Below are positions 52,715 to 63,099 of a stretch of 64,000 bases of DNA, in pieces. The first letter of the stretch is position 1. Every line of letters starts with the position of its first letter. A program made the translations under genes and the position numbers. The DNA comes from a virus (Duplodnaviria; Caudoviricetes): positions 1 through 64,000 of the IMG/VR virus record IMGVR_UViG_2852055501_000007. One strand, given 5' to 3'. The notes under the pieces were generated by a model. The model did not search any database, had not been told where the DNA came from, and worked only from the letters and a program-made list of their open reading frames with translations.

Positions 52715-53308
52715 TTACTGGCCGTAACCGACCTGAAGGATCGTATGAGAGGGGGAAATCTGATTAAACTGGCACTCGAGGTAATGTTCACCCCACGAAC
52801 GCAGCGGGTCACCGCAGTAACTGCCGCCGGCGACCGCGTATGTCACCTGCGTGTTTCCGGCATTGATGCGCCAGACAAACGGCCATTCATCACCGTTCAG
52901 TGCATCACCGCAGGCCGACAGTCCCGCCCTTGCCTGCCGGAATTCGGTAATGGTGATGGTGTAACCCATCTCGGCCGCCAGGCTGATGTAATAGGGCTTT
53001 GACATCCCGCCGGTACGCAGCAGCTTTGAAAGAACCGCGGATTGTCGTTTCGGAATGGTGTTCATCTCCCCGATCCCACAATCATCCGGCAGACCGAGTG
53101 TTTTTTCCCACTCCGGTAATAACGTTGTGGCCGTCTTCGGAAATGCTCCCTCAAGCAGCTGAACAGCGTCAATATCCGAGGCCTCATAACCGCGCGCCAG
53201 TGCCCGGAGAACAGCATGCATATTCGACCCCGGCCGCCAGTCCCACGCCATACCCTGCGGTGCCAGTCCGATCATGGCCTGAGTGTAATCGTCAGCGGTG
53301 TAATTCAT
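52715..53308 (-). CDS. Baseplate protein (Mu gp48/YmfQ-like)
   Basis: LLPEWEKTLGLPD, LEC..P.HT. Confidence 0.88.
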   Translation of the reverse strand: MNYTADDYTQAMIGLAPQGMAWDWRPGSNMHAVLRALARGYEASDIDAVQLLEGAFPKTATTLLPEWEKTLGLPDDCGIGEMNTIPKRQSAVLSKLLRTGGMSKPYYISLAAEMGYTITITEFRQARAGLSACGDALNGDEWPFVWRINAGNTQVTYAVAGGSYCGDPLRSWGEHYLECQFNQISPSHTILQVGYGQ

Positions 53309-54444
53309 GTGTATGACACCTCCCCGCGCTGCGCCAGTTCGCCGGTACTCAGAACTATATTTTCAGCCGGTTTTTTCAGGACAAAGCCGGTGGTGCCGGG
53401 GATATCAGCAATCGCATACTGCAGGTCAGAAAGGTAGATTTTTGTGCCGCCGGTCGGGTCACTGTCCCGGAAGAACACATCATCAATGGCTTTGGCTATC
53501 TGCTGATGTAATTCCGAGGTTGCCCGGCTCAGCCCTTCAATTTCAAAATCTATCTTTTTCGCAACAGGTGAACAAACCCACACCAGCGCCGTTACCGTCT
53601 GCACATCCCAGATATGATCTGCAACACGCAACTGGTCACCGGTCGCATGAACTGAATAAGTTTCTTTGGTAGCCGGTCCGTCAGTTCCCAGCGGAAAGCC
53701 GCCGTTGCTGTTGCCGTCACACATAATGTAAATGCCGACCGACCCGGCCCCCAGCAGGCGGCGTTTTACCCAGGCGCGGGAAATGCCCGGCACTTCTTTC
53801 GCCCAGCCTTCATAGTCTGTATCGCTGCCGCCCTGCGGTGGTTTCTGGTACGCATGCAGGACCCGCTGCCGGAAAGCCTCTTCATTCTCAATATCACTGC
53901 CGCCGGTGATCGGAGCAACAGCAATACAATCTGAAGATACTCCGGATATCGCTATCTCAAGCGTCAGTTTTGTCCCGGCCGGTGAGTTACCCGCCGCGCC
54001 GCCGCCGTAAATATTATCGTCAATGCCGGGCAGAATGGCTTCAACAGACGTGAAGCCTTTCCCGTCAGCATTAATATGGACCTCAATAACAGACTGGTAC
54101 CGGTATCCATCTCCGCGGGTCATCGCCGTACCGGCAGGAATGATACTGCCCGGCACGCCGTCAAACTGCACCTTTGTACAGGTGGCTTTGTTCGGTGGTT
54201 TGCGGTACACCCGTTTCAGCGCCCCCCATCCCGCCAGGTTTTCATCCGTTGCGGTAAACGGAGTTGCCTGTTTTGCAATGTAATCCAGATAGGCATAATG
54301 CAGGTGCGCCATACCGGCATCCATATCCGCCAGTACCCGCATATTGGAATACCGCAGCAGCGCACCGGGCTCTTTCAGTTCATTGCGCAGGAAATTCTGG
54401 TTCTGCTCCCGCAGCTCCGTCAGTGTTTTACGCTTAAACGGCAT
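53305..54444 (-). CDS. Baseplate J / Mu gp47-like
   Basis: GGSD.E..EAFR.R, PPQGGSDTDY..WA. Confidence 0.92.
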   Translation of the reverse strand: MPFKRKTLTELREQNQNFLRNELKEPGALLRYSNMRVLADMDAGMAHLHYAYLDYIAKQATPFTATDENLAGWGALKRVYRKPPNKATCTKVQFDGVPGSIIPAGTAMTRGDGYRYQSVIEVHINADGKGFTSVEAILPGIDDNIYGGGAAGNSPAGTKLTLEIAISGVSSDCIAVAPITGGSDIENEEAFRQRVLHAYQKPPQGGSDTDYEGWAKEVPGISRAWVKRRLLGAGSVGIYIMCDGNSNGGFPLGTDGPATKETYSVHATGDQLRVADHIWDVQTVTALVWVCSPVAKKIDFEIEGLSRATSELHQQIAKAIDDVFFRDSDPTGGTKIYLSDLQYAIADIPGTTGFVLKKPAENIVLSTGELAQRGEVSYT

Positions 54445-54882
54445 TTATTGTTTCTCCCATACCCAGTAAAAACGCAGATCTTCTGCACCGGAATCCGGCC
54501 GGTGATAACGGATAACCATATTCAACCGCTGCGGCCACACTATTTGTGTCCGGATCTGAATGTCAGACACGACCCCGTCGGTTATCAGCCAGGCCAGCGC
54601 CTCGCGGGCGTAATCCTCGGCTTTCTTTGCCACCTGCGTGGTCAGTTTCTGACGTCTCAGCAGCCAGAGACGGGAGCCAATAAACCCATCCGTTCCGGTA
54701 TCGGCCCACCATCCCCGCCGGTACTCATCGTCGTAATCATCATCACTGTGAGCCAGTCGGTCCGTGAACAGACTGATCATAATCGCTGACTGCAAATCAT
54801 CACCGGAAAGCAGGTCACCGTTTCCGGCTATCCAGTCCGCCCGCAGTGTGTCCGCGTTCCACCCGGAAGAAATATCAGACAT
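54445..54882 (-). CDS. Mu gp46-like baseplate protein
   Basis: ISLFTD, RGWWAD, GSRLWLL.R. Confidence 0.92.
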   Translation of the reverse strand: MSDISSGWNADTLRADWIAGNGDLLSGDDLQSAIMISLFTDRLAHSDDDYDDEYRRGWWADTGTDGFIGSRLWLLRRQKLTTQVAKKAEDYAREALAWLITDGVVSDIQIRTQIVWPQRLNMVIRYHRPDSGAEDLRFYWVWEKQ

Positions 54883-55472
54883 CAGACTTTCTCCTTAATC
54901 GGATTACTGGTTTTGGTGGCACTGCCCGGTTCCACATTTTCCACATCGTGGTCGTGCTTATTGTAACTGTCCCGCAGCACTTTCAGTGTGGACGAGTTAC
55001 TTTCGTAGTTATCAATCACATCACCGGACACTTTCAGGATCGGCGTATTCAGCACCACTTCTGTTTTGGCATTGATCGTCACCTTATCGGCGTTATTGAT
55101 GGTCACATCTTTATCTTTGGCCTCAATCACAATGCCGTCCTCTGTCATGTGGATGTACATACCCCACAGGTTGTACATCACGCTTTCACCCGGTGAGAGT
55201 CCGGTATGCCGGGAACCTGGGTGATTGCTGCCGATAACTACTGCACTGGAACGGTTACCGCCGAGATAGGCAATCAGAACATCCGATCCGGGTGGCAGAG
55301 AGGAAGAAAAGCCAAATTCTGTCATACGGTAAGTACCGTCCCGGACTTCCAGCGCAGTGCTGTACTGGATGGTCTGAATCGCTCCGTCATCTTTGGTGAC
55401 GCTGGATTTACCGGCACCGATCATCATCGACATCCGGGTTTTTAAATCGCGGACCTGATCACTCATCATCAC
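54882..55472 (-). CDS. Baseplate spike (Mu gp45-like)
   Basis: FGFSS..P, L.PGES..Y, terminal H.H. Confidence 0.88.
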   Translation of the reverse strand: MMMSDQVRDLKTRMSMMIGAGKSSVTKDDGAIQTIQYSTALEVRDGTYRMTEFGFSSSLPPGSDVLIAYLGGNRSSAVVIGSNHPGSRHTGLSPGESVMYNLWGMYIHMTEDGIVIEAKDKDVTINNADKVTINAKTEVVLNTPILKVSGDVIDNYESNSSTLKVLRDSYNKHDHDVENVEPGSATKTSNPIKEKV

Positions 55473-56538
55473 ACCCTTATTACCTGGTAAAATTCATACG
55501 GTTCAGCAATGAAGGCTTCCGGCGGCATCAGCTGTAATGTCGCGCGTGTCCCGCCGGCATCCCGCAGATAGGTCACGTCAGACAAAGTCCAGAATTTATC
55601 CGTCACACCAAGAACAGGGATGTTTATCGGGATCAGCGTATTCGGCTCCCACAGTTTGCCGGAGGCGTCCCGCCAGCTGTCGACCATCACACTCAGGATT
55701 TTGGAGCGGCCGTAACGGCGGTTCATTTCCCAGTCGATACTCTCCTGCTCCCGTTTAGCGGTGATCAGGGTGCTTTCGATGATGGTGATATAATTCCGGT
55801 ACCGCATTTTTCCCGCTTCCGGATCCCGCGCCGAGGCGTTCTGTACCGCTGACACATCTCCGGCAAACGGGGTAACAGACAATGACACGCCGGTGTAATC
55901 GGAATAGCGCTCTGCCATAGAATCCGAGAAATCAGCACTTTCGATATTTTTTCCCTGCTCCACGCCGCTGGCCGCCACCTTGTCACTGACGCGGGTCAGC
56001 AGCAGGTTTCCGTCCGGCTGTTCGTAATACAGCAGCGCAGAATACCGGCAGCAGCGCTCGATCACCTGTTGTGAGGATTCACCCCAGTTCAGGGTGAATT
56101 GCGGGACAACCTGTAACCCGCCATCAGAAACCGTACTCGATACCTCGATGTCGTACCACTTCGCCAGTTTCTGCGCGATTTGCAGGGCGTTTGACTGACT
56201 GATTACGTTATTCGGCCAGTTGGCTGAGCAGTCCACCAGGTCCTGACACTTACCCCTGCCGGAGACACTTATCTGATGCCGATTTTTATTAATCTGCCCG
56301 TTCCACGTGTCAATATAACCGGTAATAACCCGATCCTGACCGAGAAACACCTCACAAGGATCACCCGGTTTAAACAGCTGCTTTTCATTCGTTGCCGGGT
56401 AGTAATCCATCAGGCTGATTTCAAAATCATTCGGCAGCCGTTCAATGCCACGGGTAACCCTGACACTGTCCCAGCCGGAAATACGCCTGCCGTTTATCAC
56501 CAGGGATAATTCTTCGTTTTTTTTGTCTCTTCCGTCAT
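55469..56538 (-). CDS. Baseplate hub (Mu gpP-like); 5' end frameshifted in an A8 run
   Basis: GWDSVRV.R.IE, GR..DLVDCS; coupled ATG at 56538 is in frame only if the run at 56517-56524 is A9. Confidence 0.88.
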
Positions 56539-57962
56539 TTTTTCAGTGCCTTAAATCTCACCGGCATAAACGCCGGATGCCGGGGCTGAATCTCCATCAC
56601 CAGCTCGTCGCTGCGGGTTGCATCCTGATACAGGCGGTTGGCAACATTGAGAGACGGCAGCACCGACGGCAGAGCGTAAGACGACAGGCGACCGCGTTCG
56701 GAGCCTTTATCGGTGAAGAAAATAACAACCTGTTCGCGCCGGTTCAGGAGAGTAAGATAAATATCATCCAGCGCCAGATCCCCGGTAATAGTCATGGCAT
56801 CATCAAGGGATTCACAGACTTCACGCTGATATCCGGCGGCCTCGGTGCTATTTGTCGGGTCAGACTGTCCGGCCACAACCGAAAGCGCCGATGCCGCCAG
56901 CACAACCAGCATCATTTCAGCCAGTGCGGCAATTCTCTTATCCTGTTCCGTCTGCTGATATTCCAGATTGCGGAAACGGGATAATGTATTCAGGATCTGC
57001 ATCTTCTGGCCGGTGTCACCGTCCATTGTTATCAGGATGACAAACACCTGCTGTATCTGTGCAATCACATCTTCCGGGGATGCAGCATCACTGACCGCGC
57101 TGAGTGATTTATCCAGCCGTTGCCGGTCAATAATGGCCTGGTTCAGTGTTTTATCGATAATTTCACGGTCATCAGTATCACCCTGATGTATGCGCTTGCC
57201 GGTCGCACCGGACACCGCCCCGCCCGCGCGGCCTTTCTGATAGCGTCCGTATTTATTGCTGCCGAATACGCTGTTCAGCGAGTTACTGAGATTAGTGACC
57301 TCATCAACTGAACTGTTGACCATATTTACCCAAAAATCCGCAGTCTGTTTCAGTGTCTTCATCATCTGTGTAACAGACCGCACTTCGCCTTTAATCATGG
57401 CGATCGTTTTCAGGGTGGTATGTGCTGCTTCTTTCAGCCACTGCCCGAATGTCAGTTCACCGGTTTTTTCGCTGCCGGTGATGGCGAACACTTTCAGGCC
57501 GGACTCGATAACCACCAGCTCAAATTCAAACACCCTGCCGCTTTCTGCATTTTCTGACACCCGCAGGCCGCTCTCAGTCACGCTGACAGTCATTTCCCCG
57601 AGTGTCGGGTGAACCAGTGTTCCGGACTCACCGGCTTCACAGGCGGCCACCAGATTGTCGCGCTGGGTAATAACGTCCGGCGCGTCATACACCAGGCTGT
57701 CCTGAATCAGGAATCCCTTTATGGTGATACGCCGGTTGCTGCGCCCCATATCCTCTATCCAGGATTGATCGCGGTAGGCATATTCGTGAATGGCCTGGCG
57801 GCGGCCGAAAACACTTTCACCGCTGATAACACCGAACGGCACACCACGGAATGAAGCCTGCTGCAGGTGTTCAGACCAATTCCAGTCCGGCTCAATGCCG
57901 AGCAGATCAGAAATGGCGTCTTTGATAATTGGCATGTGGGCTCCGGAAATAAAAAAAGCCAC
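56535..57962 (-). CDS. DNA circularization protein (Mu gpN-like)
   Basis: ASFRGVPF, HEY.YRD..EDMG, G.LVHPTLG. Confidence 0.9.
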   Translation of the reverse strand: MAFFISGAHMPIIKDAISDLLGIEPDWNWSEHLQQASFRGVPFGVISGESVFGRRQAIHEYAYRDQSWIEDMGRSNRRITIKGFLIQDSLVYDAPDVITQRDNLVAACEAGESGTLVHPTLGEMTVSVTESGLRVSENAESGRVFEFELVVIESGLKVFAITGSEKTGELTFGQWLKEAAHTTLKTIAMIKGEVRSVTQMMKTLKQTADFWVNMVNSSVDEVTNLSNSLNSVFGSNKYGRYQKGRAGGAVSGATGKRIHQGDTDDREIIDKTLNQAIIDRQRLDKSLSAVSDAASPEDVIAQIQQVFVILITMDGDTGQKMQILNTLSRFRNLEYQQTEQDKRIAALAEMMLVVLAASALSVVAGQSDPTNSTEAAGYQREVCESLDDAMTITGDLALDDIYLTLLNRREQVVIFFTDKGSERGRLSSYALPSVLPSLNVANRLYQDATRSDELVMEIQPRHPAFMPVRFKALKK

Positions 57963-57998
57963 CGAGATGGCGGCTTTGCTATTATAATTTAATTATAC

Positions 57999-58736
57999 CT
58001 ATTTACATCTAACTCTTAATTTCCAATCCGGATCATCTGTTTCAGTTTCACAAATTACCTTTCCTTCCGGAGATACAATATAATCAATGTATTCTCGACC
58101 TTTACCTTCTTTATAAACACCGCGAGTTACTATCAGATATCTAAAAAAATCTTCTTTATCTTTTAATGTCATAGTTGACATCACATGATATTTAATGCTT
58201 CCATCGATTATAAATTTCTCTTTTACTTTACTATAATCACCATCGAAAGGGACTTCAAATGCATGAATTGCCATGCTTGTCGCCCACGCTGGAGATTCAA
58301 AGTAAACGATTCCTTTTTCAAAGTCATAACCGGTAAAGCGCATATCAGTTAGTTCTTTTTCAGGATGGTCATTCGAATAATATTCTTTAATAAAATCATA
58401 TTTTACAGGTTGACCTCGTGAATTTATAAGTATTACTCTTATTCTACTTTTTGCTTTATATGACGTTGGGTTTATTTCATTTAATGTTATTAATGCTAAC
58501 GCTTTATTTTTTTCAGGAAATATAAATGTCGTTGCTTCCATTCCGTCACCTGTCGCCCAACTTGTTACATCCCTTCCTTTGTAACAAATCTTTCCATTCA
58601 CACTTCTGTCAATCATGTAATTTGCATCAGGAAATGAAAAATTATCACCTCCTCTTTTCTGATAATCTTCAGTACAGGATACAGACCAAGCATTCAGAGA
58701 TATAAACAGAGTAAAAATAACTAATATCAGTCGCAT
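57999..58736 (-). CDS. AT-rich exported protein (moron) inside the tail operon
   Basis: Signal peptide MRLILVIFTLFISLNAWS, own RBS, terminator hairpin at ~57950-57977. Confidence 0.7.
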   Translation of the reverse strand: MRLILVIFTLFISLNAWSVSCTEDYQKRGGDNFSFPDANYMIDRSVNGKICYKGRDVTSWATGDGMEATTFIFPEKNKALALITLNEINPTSYKAKSRIRVILINSRGQPVKYDFIKEYYSNDHPEKELTDMRFTGYDFEKGIVYFESPAWATSMAIHAFEVPFDGDYSKVKEKFIIDGSIKYHVMSTMTLKDKEDFFRYLIVTRGVYKEGKGREYIDYIVSPEGKVICETETDDPDWKLRVRCK

Positions 58737-58784
58737 ATCACCCCTCTCCTAAAAGTATAAATAATGAGAAGATGATAGCATGCT

Positions 58785-60662
58785 TCATGGCATATTCATT
58801 GCAGTTGTAACCCTGCCTTTAGGTTTTACATTGACGCTGCTTTTTGTGCCTGTTTCTGCATTGGTCAGGACAATTTCCAGTGTACCACCCGCTTTGTTTT
58901 CCTGAAGAACTTGTGATAATTGCTCGGTGAAGGCCAGTAATGCCTGGGTCGGATCCTTTTCTATTTTGAAGTCAGGTACCACTGATTCAGTCTCTTGTTG
59001 CATCATAAATGCATTGCGTTGCTCCTGAACTCGGTAAGGATTTCTGCCACCAGCCCAGCGGTCATCCATAATAGAATCCGTAATACCTGCTGATATTTCT
59101 TCATAGCTGTATGGCTGCTCAATATTTTCAACTTTTATAATGTACGGAATAATTTTCTCTAAAACGCGGGGATCGTGCATATCAAGCCGCTCATAGGGGT
59201 TAAATCCCGTACCCTTTGAAACTCTGTCTATATATCCCTGCGTGTTATTACCAACACTGGCTGGGGCATATTTCCTGAGCAGACTATCAAGGGTATTCAG
59301 TCCCCTTTCAGCATCCAGCATGATCTGGCGTGACAATGCCGCATTACCGTCCCTTGATGAAGCAAACTTCACATACCGGTGATTATTTCCATAGTCATAC
59401 CCCACACTATTGGGAGCCGCTATAAGATTCCCTGGGTTATTATTGCGTAAACCACGCCGGTTTGGATTATACGTCTCATCCTGCACCCAGTTATCAGGCA
59501 CCTTACTGTTCAGCGCCGATTTTTGCTTCGCGGTTTCCGCCTGATGACGCTGCTTCTCCCACTCCTCATAGTTTTTGCGGATTTCATCGGTCATAATACC
59601 GAAATCCACCATCGACTGATCCCACATGCCCAACTTACCGTAAAGCTCCGGTGTGTTATATGTGGTTCGCAGAATATCAGAATCATTGCCATGCAGAAAA
59701 CCCATTGTTTGCATAAGTGCTACGTTATCAGGACCGTATGTCAATAATTGCTCTACACCATTCAGGCCGTCGATTACTGACCCATCCGAAAGTAACGCCC
59801 CTGCGACCGCATCACCGGTTTTAGTTTTTGCACCCTCGTATGCCGCTGAAATGTTTTTAAGTACCTCATCCATTTTGCTGAGTTGCTCTACAACAGCATC
59901 GTCACGGGTATGTCCCATGCGGTCTGATTTATCTAGTCTCTCCTGTAAATTCCCTTCACGGAGCAGAGCAAGCACCTCCGGAGATAACTCAAGCTTGCTT
60001 TGCAGTTCAGTGTTGCGACTTTCCGGAATGTTCTGGATGGCTTTTTCCAGGCTGAGTAGTGTTTTTGTCAGATCGACACTTCCATCTTCACGCTGAATAA
60101 TACTGGCACCAATACTACGGATAGTCGCCAGTAATTCGTTGTTATTCCCTCTGACCGCGTCATTCAGAGAACCGTACAGGCTTTCAAATGATTGGCGGGC
60201 ATCATCTTCTGTAGATCCTTTTTGAATAAGCGTACCCGTAAGACGTGTGCCTTCCTCAACGCTCATCCCCATATTTTTGGCGCTGGTTGAGACTTCAGTC
60301 GCTTTCCTGGCTTGTTCCGGTACCTGGCTGATCATTTGATACCCGGCGTAGCCGATGGCGCCAATACCGCCGATTTTCTTCGCCATGTTGAGGTACTTAC
60401 CGGACAATTCTCCGAAATTTTTCAATGGCGGGATCATATCTCCGATACTTTGAGCGCCTTTTTTCGAAAAATCAGACATATCGCGAATTCTTTCACCGAC
60501 ATCCCGCAATCCGGAAATTGATTCATCACCACCCATTTTAAGGCTTTCGCGCACATCCTTTAAAACAGGGCGAAGCTTATTTAACTCAGCTTCAATATTG
60601 GCAATTTCCTGACTGGCCTGATCATCAGCATTCAATTCAAAATCAAAGGTATTTCCCGCCAT
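58785..60662 (-). CDS. Tape measure protein with C-terminal lysozyme-like domain
   Basis: Follows the tail chaperone; RGLRNNNPGNL..KYAP..NNT..Y motif. Confidence 0.8.
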   Translation of the reverse strand: MAGNTFDFELNADDQASQEIANIEAELNKLRPVLKDVRESLKMGGDESISGLRDVGERIRDMSDFSKKGAQSIGDMIPPLKNFGELSGKYLNMAKKIGGIGAIGYAGYQMISQVPEQARKATEVSTSAKNMGMSVEEGTRLTGTLIQKGSTEDDARQSFESLYGSLNDAVRGNNNELLATIRSIGASIIQREDGSVDLTKTLLSLEKAIQNIPESRNTELQSKLELSPEVLALLREGNLQERLDKSDRMGHTRDDAVVEQLSKMDEVLKNISAAYEGAKTKTGDAVAGALLSDGSVIDGLNGVEQLLTYGPDNVALMQTMGFLHGNDSDILRTTYNTPELYGKLGMWDQSMVDFGIMTDEIRKNYEEWEKQRHQAETAKQKSALNSKVPDNWVQDETYNPNRRGLRNNNPGNLIAAPNSVGYDYGNNHRYVKFASSRDGNAALSRQIMLDAERGLNTLDSLLRKYAPASVGNNTQGYIDRVSKGTGFNPYERLDMHDPRVLEKIIPYIIKVENIEQPYSYEEISAGITDSIMDDRWAGGRNPYRVQEQRNAFMMQQETESVVPDFKIEKDPTQALLAFTEQLSQVLQENKAGGTLEIVLTNAETGTKSSVNVKPKGRVTTAMNMP

Positions 60663-60664
60663 AA

Positions 60665-61071
60665 TTACTGCCTCATTTTGTTAATTCGGGCTGCCTGTGA
60701 AGCCCACCACAATAACCGGCCGGGGGTCATATTCCACACATCATTCGGCCCCCACCGGAAAAAGTACGTTAAATCGGCACCTATTTGCTGATATTTTTGC
60801 CAGGCGTTAAAGTCAAAAAATCCATCAGGAAATCACGGCATTCCACAAAGTCAGAAATTGCCATTCGCTTAACCACCTGATCCGGCACCCCGCTGACCAA
60901 CACGATCAACAGACGCATAGCCGGAAGGGAACCAACCGTTTTATCCATCTCGTTATAAAACTGCTCCACTTCAAACAGGCACGGCTCTCGCAGGTTAACT
61001 TCCTCATAACGGACTTTGCCGTCATTGGATTCCAGCGGTTTACTCAGCGTGATAGTTTTTGTTGTTTCCAC
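60665..61071 (-). CDS. Tail assembly chaperone (stop at 60781) with programmed -1 frameshift extension to 60665
   Basis: T-TTT-TTG slippery site at 60814-60820; -1 frame gives ..ADLTYFFRWGPNDVWNMT.. like P2 E/E'. Confidence 0.8.
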
Positions 61072-61073
61072 AA

Positions 61074-61442
61074 TTAGTTCTCCGTTACCGAACGACCTTC
61101 AAAACGCACGTCAAACACTGCGTCTTCGCTGTTTACTTCCTGGGTCTGAACAACCCATAGCCCCTGACCGATGATGGTTTTGCCGTTCGCCAGTTCGGCC
61201 ACCACGTTCACATTGGTCATGCCGTTAAAATCCGCCACAGTGGTACCGCCGGAATCACGGACACGCATCGCGATAAAACCGGCAACCGGCTTTTCTTTGT
61301 AACCGTGGACAAAGTCCATACCGGTCAGGGTTTCGCGGGTAACCGTGGACGGACTGTATTTAAAGTCCGCTGCCACCATAATTGACATACCGTTGACGGA
61401 GACGTGAGCCGTTCCCGCCAGACGGTTAGATGTATCGCCCAT
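61074..61442 (-). CDS. Tail tube protein (Mu gpM-like)
   Basis: AGTA, RE..G..GYKE, AELANGK. Confidence 0.9.
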   Translation of the reverse strand: MGDTSNRLAGTAHVSVNGMSIMVAADFKYSPSTVTRETLTGMDFVHGYKEKPVAGFIAMRVRDSGGTTVADFNGMTNVNVVAELANGKTIIGQGLWVVQTQEVNSEDAVFDVRFEGRSVTEN

Positions 61443-61451
61443 GATTTCTCC

Positions 61452-62933
61452 TTAGTTACCCGGCATCAGGCGGAACTGGTTAAGCAGCGCAAGCACGCGC
61501 AGCTGGTTAATGAGGGTGCCGGTCCACAGGACATCAACACGGTTCGGGTTCTGACTGTTGCGCTCGACTTTCAGACCGGCGGCAAAGCCTTTCGCGTCCT
61601 GTACATGGCCGTTAAATTCCAGGAAGCCATATTGCGCGATCAGTTCTGCCCGGATGATATTCGGCGTGACGATTGCAGACCCCGGTGCGAATCGGGTCCC
61701 GTCATCTGCCAGTTTCATACGCCCGAATTTACTGGTCACCTGGGTGCGCAGATAACGGGAGACAAACATCAGCAGATACAGGGTTTCCACCTGAAGGTAA
61801 CTGTCGTCATTATCGCCGTAGGCGTTTTTCTGGTAGGTCGTGATGATATTCTCAACCCGAACGGTACCGTCATCATCCACGGTAAATGTGGAAATACCAC
61901 TGTGCAGCAGGTTGTTACGCTCGGTCAGTTCCAGAATCTTCGTGTCGTCCGGCGGCAGCACACCACTGATAACCAGCGTCTGTAACGGGCGGCCCGGATC
62001 ATTACGCAAGCTCTGGGCAATAGCACCGGTATATGCCGCGCTCCACTGATAATCCGGTGAGGGTGAACCGTTCACCCCGAGCAGGGAGGCATGCTGGTCG
62101 TTACGCTTTTCACCAAAATCAGCCAGTTGGCCATAAGTGCCGGTGATCATCCCGTAGCTGTGTCCGTACAACTGTTTGTCCCACGCCCAGCGGTCTGCCA
62201 GAAAGGTTTTCACCACATCGAGAGACGCCGTATCGGTATACGGGTTCACGATAAAATCAAAGGATCGGTCTTTCAGATTCGCCAGGCCATTAAGCAGATC
62301 CGGAGCGCCGTTACCGCCGGACATCGCCGTGATGGTCATTTCAAAACCGGACGGTGTCGACTCGCCCCCGGTCAGCCCGAGGTAGTTCAGCCGGATATCA
62401 ATCCCGTTACCGTGGGCGCCTTTGTTTTTGGCCGTCAGAGTAACCGTATCCGCCTCTGCTGCTGCCGTTACCGGCAGGTTCGCATTGCGGTTAATCACTT
62501 TAGTCAGTCCGGTTGCGATAGCTTCCGCTGTGTCCGTAGCCACAACGGCCATCTGAACACGGATACCCGCGATATACAGTGAAATCACACCGGTATCATT
62601 GGCAGCACTGGTAATTTTCAGTTTACCGGCAGCTGCTGTCTGCGATTCAGTATCTGCCAGCGGTAACACCCACACCTCACCGGCCGTGTCATTACGGAAA
62701 TAGGCCTCTGCTTCGGTGTGCAGCATGGATCCGCGTCCGAAACGTTCTGCGGCCTGCGTCCCTGATGTGATGCGTTCAGGAATACTGTCTTTACCCGCCG
62801 CACGGTCCAGCATCTGGCCGATTAACAACGTGCGCTGCGTGGCGGTTGCAGTGTTGGCCATTGAGTTATCAAACTCAACGAAAAACAGCGGGGTCCGCAA
62901 ATTCTGCGGAATAGTGGCAAATGGCACTGTCAT
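61452..62933 (-). CDS. Tail sheath protein (Mu gpL-like)
   Basis: EFDNSMA, FGRGSML, DPGRPLQT, ITTYQKN. Confidence 0.95.
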   Translation of the reverse strand: MTVPFATIPQNLRTPLFFVEFDNSMANTATATQRTLLIGQMLDRAAGKDSIPERITSGTQAAERFGRGSMLHTEAEAYFRNDTAGEVWVLPLADTESQTAAAGKLKITSAANDTGVISLYIAGIRVQMAVVATDTAEAIATGLTKVINRNANLPVTAAAEADTVTLTAKNKGAHGNGIDIRLNYLGLTGGESTPSGFEMTITAMSGGNGAPDLLNGLANLKDRSFDFIVNPYTDTASLDVVKTFLADRWAWDKQLYGHSYGMITGTYGQLADFGEKRNDQHASLLGVNGSPSPDYQWSAAYTGAIAQSLRNDPGRPLQTLVISGVLPPDDTKILELTERNNLLHSGISTFTVDDDGTVRVENIITTYQKNAYGDNDDSYLQVETLYLLMFVSRYLRTQVTSKFGRMKLADDGTRFAPGSAIVTPNIIRAELIAQYGFLEFNGHVQDAKGFAAGLKVERNSQNPNRVDVLWTGTLINQLRVLALLNQFRLMPGN

Positions 62934-63097
62934 GCTTTTTGCTCCTTCACTTTCTGAGGATTACCCGGCACGACATCCCCCTGATTCAGACGGGTGCGCC
63001 AGAAAACATTATCAGGGACGTCCTGCCCGGATTCAGGCAAAAGCTCCCCTTTGACCGGACAGCGGACGCTGCGGCCTTTTACAGGTTTTACAAACAT
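62930..63097 (-). CDS. DUF2635-like small tail protein
   Basis: 55-aa MFVKPVKGRSVRCP..LPESG..FWRTRL..GDV. Confidence 0.8.
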   Translation of the reverse strand: MFVKPVKGRSVRCPVKGELLPESGQDVPDNVFWRTRLNQGDVVPGNPQKVKEQKA

Positions 63098-63099
63098 GG

